Shown in pieces: positions 54,940 through 64,000 of a stretch of 64,000 nucleotides of DNA (position 1 is its first letter; every line of letters starts with the position of its first letter). Position numbers and translations under genes: made by a program. This DNA comes from Candidatus Latescibacterota bacterium. GTDB lineage: Bacteria; Krumholzibacteriota; Krumholzibacteriia; WVZY01. The stretch is taken from positions 64,001 to 128,000 of the forward strand of contig CAWBQK010000006.1 in the NCBI GenBank assembly GCA_963791045.1, written 5' to 3'. The notes under the pieces were generated by a model that saw nothing but the letters and a program-made list of their open reading frames with translations, had not been told where the DNA came from and did not search any database.

Positions 54940-56423
54940 TTAGTTTTGATTGTAGAAATTATAGATTGCAGCAGAAAGCTGTCCAACCAGGAATGAGCCA
55001 TTGTCCCAGATCAGCTGCTCGGGATGGTAGAGGAAGATCACCAGAATGTAATCCCCGCCCGGGGAGAAGATGATCCCTGCGTCTCCCAGGGTTTGCATAA
55101 TCCCGTTGATATGTAACCCAACCATGTTTATGAGCCACTTCTGTGACATCAGGCACACCAGCTTCCAGCAGGGAAGGCATTTTATTCTGGGAGAGATAAT
55201 CGATCATGATCTGGCATTCAGCTTGAGTGATCTCATCCCCAAAAACTGCCTTGAAGGTTCCCTGGCCATTATCAGCGCATAAATAGATATCTTCCAGGAG
55301 CATGCCAATATCAGATGGGGTGCTCTGATTGTATAGATCTGGATCGGTAGTGACATCCTCCCGCTGGTTTGCAGGAGTCTTGTAGACCCGCAATAAAGGG
55401 GAGCCCAATCCGAATTCTCCAGCCAGGAAAGTGTTTTCAAGCCCCAGGGCTTTCATGTCTCTGTCACTTCCAGTGGAGCCAGGTTGGTATGGATCACGCT
55501 CTCCATCACCCAATCTGCCGGATCATTTCCGGATTCGATGATCATTTTTTGAAGCAAATTGAGGGTTTCTGGATCCTCATCCTCATCGATCCGGCGGAAG
55601 ATGGAGGTCATGATCGGAATTTTTACGATACTGGCAGTAGTAAAAGCGACATCCGGATTGGTGGAGATTTCAAAGCCATTTTGATAGGCAAAATGGACTT
55701 CTTCCAGGGTGCTGACATTCAGCATATACAGCCCGGCAATGCCATCAAACTCATTCAGATCAATGGTTTGTTTTAGCAGGGTTTCCAGATTTTGGAGGGA
55801 AGGCCTGGGAGGACTGGTTTGTTTGCGGGGCAGATTGACTGAGCGGTTGTTGATGGATTGCATGGCGGTATCGATCAACAAGACTGCGGTATCGAGATCC
55901 AATTCAGTGCCGAATGTTCCGGCGACAAAATTCACAGTCCCGGGTTGGGGGACAGCTGGAGATGGTGGTTTATCATAGCGGGATGCGATCTCATCCACCA
56001 GGTATGTGCTCAGACGGGTTTCGGAATAATGTTGCCCGCAGAGGGATGGAGAGACTTGATATCTGCCGCCCCCAGAGATAATCCCAGAACCCGACCCAAA
56101 AAGATTGTTTGGTTCGTTCCAGATCTGCTGCGGCCAGCATGCTTTCCAGATCCAGCTCAAATCCGCAGATGGAGGGTTCAAAGAGGATTGATTTGGTCAT
56201 CATAGACCAGTTCAACCGGGAGGGAATAAGCTTCAAGCAGTCGCTGGGCTGCCTCCTGGCGGTCCAATCCACCAACAGGGACTTCAGCTATTGTCATATT
56301 GCCGGGATAGGTTGTCCTCAGACGGCTGAACTGGACAAATTGCAAGATCGAGAAGAATACTGCAGCGATCAGGAAAAATACTGCCAACCAGCTTAATGCT
56401 GAAAATCTGGGTCGTCGTCTCAC
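54940..56423 (-). CDS. Membrane-anchored class A beta-lactamase-like serine hydrolase (probable DD-peptidase), several frameshifts
   Basis: TM; IAEVPVGGLD PG-binding-like segment; ASIVK (SxxK), ESGND (SxN), HKHGW. Confidence 0.8.
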
Positions 56424-56587
56424 AAAATAACTCCTATCAAGGAATAGGTCTTGCTGCGGGGGTAGTTTATCACAGGAAATCATGGATGCCAAATCGGATA
56501 GGAAAATACCAGGAAATAAATCCGTCTTGGAATATCCAAGACAGATTTAGATATTTGCTCAGTCAAGAAGTGATCTAGTTAGTGAGC

Positions 56588-56903
56588 TTAGACTTCGGGG
56601 AGTTCGATCACACAATTGTCTTTGCCGAAATCTCCCAGAATATATTCATCTGCTTCCCATTCGTTGTACCATTTTTTATTATTCAACAGATAGCGGAACT
56701 CATATTTTTTCCAGGTTCCAGTTCAACAGTCACCTTAAAATCCCCATTCTTGAGGGATTCCATGGGGTGTTTGTGAAGCTCCAGTCATTAAAATCTGCCA
56801 CCAGATGAGCTGAGTGAAATCGATAATCCGGCTGTTCATGTTTTGCAAGACGAAAGGTTACTTTATACACATTTCGACTCTTGATATATTGTTTTTTTAG
56901 CAT
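56588..56903 (-). CDS. Isoamylase early-set/CBM48 glycogen-binding protein, frameshift near 56765
   Basis: MLKKQY...KVTF...LVADFNDW; continues KNGDFKVTVELEPGKKYEFRYLLNNKKWYNEWEAD. Confidence 0.85.
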
Positions 56904-57161
56904 TTCACGTCCTTGTATATGACATTCGTCCAAAATTCACGTTTATTTTATCACATAATAGATATTTCAAGATCAGAGAGCTGTTTGAAATCAAGGGTGC
57001 CTGGAAATCTGGCGAAATTTCCAGTATCCAGATTATGGATCGATCTCGATCAAGGACTGACATTTTGCACCTTATTGAAGTAAATTTGACATGGAAAATA
57101 AGTCTCAATAATGGGTAGGATTAGAGTAATCTGAGCGGATGAGTGTCTGGAGGATATGATA

Positions 57162-58118
57162 ATGTTGAAACTGGTTTTAACTTATTTATCACAAGCTGCC
57201 TGGGCCAGGCGGATTGTCCAGGGGTGGGGGTTTGCAAAACGGACAGCGGCAAGATTTGTAGCTGGGGAAACTTTGGATGAAGCATAGCCGTTGTGAAGGA
57301 CTCAACAGCAGAGGAATTTTCACCACTCTGGATCACCTGGGAGAGAATGTCACTTCCGCGAAGAAGCTATCCTGGCGGCAGACGAGATCATAATGATCAT
57401 TAACCGCTTGGTTGAAGAAGGTGTCCCTTCCGGAATATCAATCAAACTGAGCCAGATCGGATTGGTCCTTGATCCTGGAAATCTGCCGTCAGAATTTGCT
57501 CCGATCATGGAAAGAGCCATGACAAGGAATATCTTCATCCGCATCGATATGGAAGATTCGTCATTGACCCAGGCAACTCTGGATCTTTTTAATTCGGCTA
57601 GAAATGAAGGGATTTGAAAACTGCACAGGTATTGTGATCCAAGCAAGCCTCCTTGCGCAGCCTGGATGATATTAAAGGTCTTGATGTCTGAATCCTGTAA
57701 GAGTCCGGATCTGCAAAGGCGCATATAAAGAGCCGCGAAAAGTTGCTTATCCCAAGAAAAAATCTGTGGATCGAGAACTTTGACAGGATCACTGAGCTGT
57801 TGCTGGATAGATCCCTGGAAATCGGAACCAGCGTCAGTCCGGATGGAAGGTTTCCTGCTCTACCGGCAATCGCTACCCATGATCAGATCAGGGTAGAAAA
57901 TGCCCTATCCTATGCTGAACGGATTGGACTCGATAAGCGAGGACTGGAGTTCCAGATGCTTTATGGCATCCGCGAGGACATCCAGGAAAATTTGACAATC
58001 AGGGCTACCGGTGAGGGTATATGTTCCCTATGGCAGTGAATGGTATCCTTATTTTGTACGCCGCTTGGCTGAACGACCAGCAAATCTGTGGTTTTTCCTC
58101 TCGAATTTTTTCCGGTAA
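57162..58118 (+). CDS. Monofunctional proline dehydrogenase, many frameshifts
   Basis: [64 protein letters not shown]. Confidence 0.9.
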
Positions 58119-58192
58119 TGAGTAATATTTCAGTCTCTGGTATCTGAAGAAACCATTACCATCCCCGGAAAGCTAGATATAATCAGAGACAG

Positions 58193-59094
58193 ATGACAGA
58201 GACGAGAAAATTGGATCTGGTTCAGCATATTCGCCCCTTGCACCTGATGACCCTGGTTGTTTTATACATTTTGGGTGGAGGATTTGGTCGTTATCTGGGC
58301 CATAGAATTGATCCGGCTTTTATCATTGATCGGATTAGTTTGGATCCTGTCCTTATCGATAGGTATGAATTTCCTGGGAGATTATTTCCACACGCCATTT
58401 GACCGGGGTTTGATCAGAAAAGAGCAGACGAAAAAGATCACAAGAAAATCACGATAGCAGGATGAGGTCCTATTATATATCTCTGTAGCTTGCCTGGCAG
58501 TAGGCGCAGTTCTTACATTGATCCTTGGGATATCAGGATCACTATCTCTTTCCAGCGGTTTAGTTATGGGCTTTATTTTCCTCTTTATTGCCTGCTGATC
58601 ATTCCGGGAGTTTCGCTGGACCTATCCGGGATCGGGGAATTTTTCACTTCCATTATTCTGGTAGTATTGCCGCCTGCTATCGGGTATCTTTTGCAGGTCG
58701 GTGAATTTCATCGATTTCTTATATCTGGGCATCTTTCCTTTATTTCCCCTTCATCTGGCAATGATTTTGGTTATACGTCTGAAAACTTATCCGAATGATC
58801 TCGGAAGGGCAGGAAAACCTTGCTTGTGCGCCTGGGATGGCAGCGGGGTATATATTTGCATAACCTGATGGTTCTGAGTGGATTTTTATTATTTGGAGTG
58901 GCGTTGATTTTTGGCATGCCTTTTCGGTTGATCTTGCCGGTATTCTTGACGCTTCCTGTGGCTGGATACCTGATCTGGTACTTGTCCAGCCTCAAGTATG
59001 GCGCTCCTGTCCGCTGGCCGCTAATAACTCTCTTATCCCTGATAATTTCTTTTTACCGGTCTATTTGGTCACTTTTACAGTCTGGATCCGGTAA
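58193..59094 (+). CDS. MenA/UbiA prenyltransferase-like membrane protein, many frameshifts
   Basis: RPLHL...YILGGG, GEF, D.RKGRKTLLVRLG. Confidence 0.65.
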
Positions 59095-59112
59095 GGCCGG
59101 ATCTCAATACTT

Positions 59113-60351
59113 ATGCCAGAATTTTTATCCTTGGTTTCCCCTGAAGATGCCTTATCCCTCCTGTTCAGTTATCTTCATCCTGTTCTCAGAGATCAAGAAA
59201 CAGTAACGGAACAAGCCCTGGGAAAAGTCACAGCTGAAGATATTCTTTCTCCCCAGGATCTGCCGGAGTTCAGGCGATCAACGGTTGATGGTTATGCAAT
59301 TTCGGCCCGGGATAGCCACGGAGCAAGTGAATCCCTTCCAGCCTACTTGAAAGTTGGCAGGCGAAGTATTGATGGGAAAAGAACCTGGATTTGATTTGAA
59401 AGATAAAGAATGTGCCCTGATCCATACCGGGGGAATGCTGCCGAATGCTGCCAACGCTGTAGTGATGCTAGAGGATACGCAGGTACTGGATTCCGGGGAG
59501 ATTGAGATCTACCGCTCAGTTGCTTCCGGAGAAAATTTGATCGAGATAGGAGAGGATGTTCCTGAAGGGGGTGTTGTGATTCCCAAAGGAACCCGCCTCA
59601 GACCAGCGGAGATTGGCGGTTTACTTGCGCTGGGAATCACAAGAATTAGAACTGTCACACCTCCTAAAATTGGGATCATTTCCAGTGGCGATGAAGTAAT
59701 TCCGACCAGATAAAAAACCCAAACCGGGAGAAGTTAGAGATATCAATTCTTACACTTTGGGAGCGATGATCAGCGAGTTGGGTGCTGAGCCGATCCATTA
59801 TGGTATCATTCCAGATAACCGGAAAAAATTAAGGGAAATCATCCAGGTCGGGTTAAGTGAATGTGATCATCTTATCGTGACAGCAGGCTCATCGGCCAGC
59901 TCGAGGGATTTGACCGCGGATGTAATGAACGAGCTTGGGGATCCGGGTGTGCTGGTGCATGGTGTGAGCATAAAACCGGGAAAACCGACCATCTTAGCTC
60001 TTGCGGGCGAAAAAGTGATGATCGGCTTGCCGGGCAACCCGGTCAGTGCTTTGGTTATTGCTTATATCCTGGTGAAACCAATTATTGAGATGTATCTGGG
60101 ATTGGAAAACCGGAATTTCTCATCTTCCATCCCGGCAATACTAATAATGAATATTCCTTCCCAGGCGGGCCGGGAGGATTGGATCCCGGTTAGATTGATT
60201 CGAAGGGGAAAAAGAGACTTTCCTTGCAGAACCGATCTTTGGACGAAGTAACTTGATCTTCCTGCTGGCAAAAGCGGACGGCCTGGTGAAAATTTCCTCT
60301 CCAAGAACAGGATTAGAAGCAGGAGCAGTTGTGTCAGTTCGATTATTCTAA
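59113..60351 (+). CDS. moeA: Molybdopterin molybdotransferase MoeA (second paralog), several frameshifts
   Basis: RSTVDGYA, IHTGGMLP, ISSGDEV, IKPGKPT, GLPGNPVSA. Confidence 0.92.
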
Positions 60352-60360
60352 AGAAGAGAA

Positions 60361-62637
60361 ATGAATATGAATTTCATCCTGACCATACCAGCAATATTCT
60401 ACATATGTCTTGCTGTATATAGTATCAGTCTGATAGCTAATGCAATCCAGAAACTGCGCATTTATAAGATAGCTGATTACCTTCTGGTATCTCATGCTTT
60501 GTTCTATTCTTATTGATCACTGTGATCCTTTTTGGTTCTGAACTAAGATGGTGGAATTTCCTGAGTCAAGGCATCAGGCTGAGGTTGCCCTGGTATGCCT
60601 TGCTGCTATTCAGTGGTGTGATTTTTGGTCTGACAACTGCTGTTTTCAGAACAGAAAATCCGGGCTGGACCTGGTTAATCATCTCCCTGGTCATTATCAG
60701 TGTTGCAGTTGTGGCGGATGAAATGGGTATACTTCCCGGTGATCTCAATTGGGGTCATCAGCAGGATGGATATTTCCATTCGATACTATCCACTGTGATC
60801 CAGGCTGTAGGTTGGGGGTTCTTTGTTATCCTGACCAGTATTCAGGTATTCAGGAATATCGAATAACAGATCGAAGTGTCGTCAAACAACGAGCAATATA
60901 TTGGACCGCAGCGTTAATTCTCTACATCGGAAGTACAGTATTATTGATGATGGACCATAAGTTGATTGCCAGTTTGCTGCTCTTATTCACGACTATCATA
61001 TTAAATTTCCTTGTTCTTAACCTATCGACTGCCGGACTTGAAGATCCTGGCCTTCCGTGGTGCTGGATATGCGTTGACCGGGATCATCATTATCTTGGTC
61101 TATGCCCTGGGCTTCCTGATCCTTGAGGGATTTTTTGTAGAGCTCGATTGGTATAAACCGGTTTACAACGGAGTTTTCTTTTCCGTTATTGTCCTGATTT
61201 TCTTCCTGCCAATCAATCGGCTGGTAAACTCTATACTTGAACGTATGCTTTCAAGTGAAGGGGCGAGGACCCTGGAAATTCGGAGCTACAGCAAAACACT
61301 CAGCAGCATTCTTGATATTGAACTGCTATCCAAAGTTACTATTGAGATGATCTGTGATTCCCTGGAATTAAAAAAGGGTACTTTGTTCCTGGTGGATCGG
61401 ATAGAACCTGATAAGGACCCACCAAACTGGCACCTCAAGGCAGTCCAAGGGTACATCGGTGACCTTGCCAGATCTTGATTTTCTGCCTGCTTTCAGCCCA
61501 ATCACCAAGGTCCTTGTAGAAGAAAAACGTCCATTAACTCAATCTGAGCTGGAATTCATACCCAAGTTCCAGACCATTCCGGAAAATGTGCTGGTCTGGA
61601 TTAAAGCTCTGGATGTGGAAGCGTTGGTGCCAATTCATTCAGAAGATGAATGGATCGGTTTGTTTGCCCTGTCCCAGAAACGCTCAGGTGCATCCTTTTC
61701 AGATGAGGAGCTGGAACTGCTTTCTTCCCTCGCGGATCAAACCTCCGTCGCACTGCAGAATGCGCGCCTGGTTCAGAGCCTGACAAAGATCGATAGCCAG
61801 TTGAGACGAGCCAAGGCATCCCAGAATACTGCGCTGGATAAGATCGAGCAGATCAAAAAATCATCATCTGACATTATCAGCATCAAAGCTCATGAGCTGC
61901 GATCGCCATTGACTGTGGTCACTGGGTATTCCCAGCTGCTGGCAAATGATGAAAAATTGATGGGAGATGAATATTACAGTGAGCTGGTAAAAGGGATAAT
62001 TTCTGGTTCAGATAGATTACAGAATATCATTGAGAATATGATAGACACGGCCAGTGTCCAGCCAAAAAACCTGAATATTGACACTACCCCGCTGTCCCTT
62101 TACACGCTGGTAGACTCGGTTTGCAGAGATCTGGGAGGACAAGTAAGAGCTAGAAAGATCACACTGTCCCATGATAATTTGGGTGAAATCCCACCTGTAT
62201 ACGGTGACAGTAAAGCTCTAAAGAAAGTTTTTGAGATCCTGATCAATTATGCTATGACTCACACGCCAAGTGGAGGAAAAATCACCATCACCGGTCGGCA
62301 TATACCACCTCGGTCTGATGTGTTGAAGTGGGAGGGAGCAGAAATTGTGGTTTGTGACACGGGGATCGGGATTGATTCTGACGCCAAAGATCGTTTCTTC
62401 CAGGAACGAATGAATCCGATGATGGCAGATTTCTCTCTTCTTGATGAGTTGGCAGCCGGTGAGGAAAAACCTGGAGAAGAATTGGCAATTGTGCGCAGCA
62501 TCATAGAGGCGCATAATGGGCGGGTCTGGGTCGAGAGACTGCAAAAAGACGCCGAACACCTGCCGGGAAGCGAGTTCCATGTAGTTTTACCGCTGGAACA
62601 ACAATCTTACCCGACACAACCAGATCGTTCAAAATAA
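60361..62637 (+). CDS. Multi-TM GAF histidine kinase-like protein with degenerate ATP-binding boxes, several frameshifts
   Basis: TM fragments; GAF ending LADQTSVALQNARL; AHELRSPL; DTGIGI. Confidence 0.82.
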
Positions 62638-62661
62638 AATATTTAGGGGGAAATGTAGGGG

Positions 62662-63789
62662 CTATTCATCCGGGTAAACCCGCGGAACCCTGGCACCTAT
62701 CCCGCAAGTAACTTCGTAGTTAATGGTCTGCCAAACACGAGCCAGGTCATTCACGCTGATAACCTCATCACCCTGTTTTCCGATCAGGACAACCTCATCA
62801 CCAATTTCAGGGTTGGGGACTTTCTCCAATTTCACCATGAATTGATCCATGCAAACCCTGCCTATAATAGGTGCTTTGACACCATTGATCAGGACTGAAT
62901 TTCCTGGGACCCTGCGGTATCCGTCTGCGTAACCGACCGGGATTACTCCGATTAACTCTTTTTCGGTTGTCACATAAGTATGCCCATAACTGACTCCATG
63001 ACCAGGGGGAAGTTCCTTCATGCTGGCAAGCACTGACTTCCAGCTCAAGACTGGCTCAATACCGGCTGGTAGTTGAACCTCCGGGGATGGTGACAATCCA
63101 TATATGATGAGGCCGGGCCGAACCAGCTGAAACCGTGTTCCAGGATGGGCCAGAGCACCTGCGGAATTAGCCATATGCACGATCCCGGGGAGAAGATTCT
63201 CATCCTCAAGGTCTTTGATGACTTTATGGAATACTTCTTCCTGCTTCCTGGTGGGCTCGGGATCAGCTTCATCTGCTTTAGCCAGGTGTGAGAATAATCC
63301 TTCCAGATCAATTCGATCCATTTTCTTTGCTAACCGGGCAAGTCCCAGTGTTTCTGCCGGATGGCAGCCCAATCGCCCCATTCCGCTGTCTACCAGCAGG
63401 TGCACCCTGGCAGTTTTCTGGCACCTGGCTGCAGATTTCTCTACTAGGCTGATGTGTTCCTTGGTCCAGACAGACAGGGAAACATCCAGGCAGATCATCT
63501 GTTCAATACGTTCTGGGGCGATATATCCCAGAACCAGGATGTTGCTTTTGATGCCTTCTTCGCGCATTTTAAGAGCCATTCGGGGGCGGGCAACGCCAAA
63601 CCAATCCACGCCGGCTTCTTCAGCAGTACGGGTGATCGGCATGTAACCATGGCCGTAGCCATTAGCTTTTACCACGGTCATTAAAGGAACACCAGTTTCC
63701 TTTTGGATGATCTTGATATTCTTTTGGAGGGCTTTGAGATCTACTTCCACCCAGGTGGCATAGGATTGTTCAGCTTTCATCGGATTCAA
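62662..63789 (-). CDS. alr: Alanine racemase
   Basis: VVKANGYGHG, DSGMGRLG, HMANSA, VRPG, GYADG, GRVCMDQ, TINYE. Confidence 0.97.
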   Translation of the reverse strand: MNPMKAEQSYATWVEVDLKALQKNIKIIQKETGVPLMTVVKANGYGHGYMPITRTAEEAGVDWFGVARPRMALKMREEGIKSNILVLGYIAPERIEQMICLDVSLSVWTKEHISLVEKSAARCQKTARVHLLVDSGMGRLGCHPAETLGLARLAKKMDRIDLEGLFSHLAKADEADPEPTRKQEEVFHKVIKDLEDENLLPGIVHMANSAGALAHPGTRFQLVRPGLIIYGLSPSPEVQLPAGIEPVLSWKSVLASMKELPPGHGVSYGHTYVTTEKELIGVIPVGYADGYRRVPGNSVLINGVKAPIIGRVCMDQFMVKLEKVPNPEIGDEVVLIGKQGDEVISVNDLARVWQTINYEVTCGIGARVPRVYPDE

Positions 63790-63870
63790 TTTTCCTGAGG
63801 GAATGTTTACTTATTTACAGGGCTATTCTACCAGAGAATAGAGTGGGGGAAGATCTAGGAAAATCAAGCC

Positions 63871-63899
63871 TTGACAAAGTAGAACAAATGTTCTACACT
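63871..63899 (+). promoter_or_regulatory. Sigma-70 promoter overlapped by a LexA (SOS/Cheo) box
   Basis: TTGACA-N17-TACACT with palindrome GTAGAAC-AAAT-GTTCTAC at 63879-63896. Confidence 0.85.
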
Positions 63900-63948
63900 A
63901 TCTGCAGATACACTTATTATCTTTTTTTCACTAGAACAGGAGGTACAC

Positions 63949-64000
63949 ATGTCCGCCAACAGCATTCCTTTTATACCCGAACGAGTTCAGATCAAAAGAG
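63949..64000 (+). CDS. Start of an unidentified gene (truncated by window edge)
   Basis: AGGAGG RBS then MSANSIPFIPERVQIKR... Confidence 0.7.
   Translation, partial: MSANSIPFIPERVQIKR

Overview
64 kb of bacterial chromosome, most likely Chloroflexota/Anaerolineae. This is inferred from gene content, Pro/Thr-linker cell-wall proteins and a GAAC-N4-GTTC LexA box; no database search was run. Content is mostly housekeeping and metabolic genes (queA, pdp, fmt, pyk, ald, argF, PPi-type pfk, two moeA, rplY, mnmA, iscS-like, PGM, tatD, alr), a peptidoglycan-remodelling cluster, several signalling proteins with degenerate catalytic motifs, and two tRNA genes. I found no CRISPR array, transposase or prophage. 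Many genes are split by 1-nt indels, increasingly so beyond about 47 kb; this looks like long-read consensus error, so single-base oddities need read-level checking. Best candidates for new biology: (1) a probable sigma-54-driven operon encoding a small 2-TM protein, a ~1,770-aa TPR scaffold and a cytoplasmic TPR-fused gingipain/caspase-clan (C25) protease; (2) a 5S rRNA loop-E mimic in the rplY (bL25) leader, suggesting autoregulation by rRNA mimicry; (3) a tRNA with a full Leu body but a Ser (UGA) anticodon; (4) a His-less kinase, an ATP-lid-degenerate kinase and a half-site class III cyclase.
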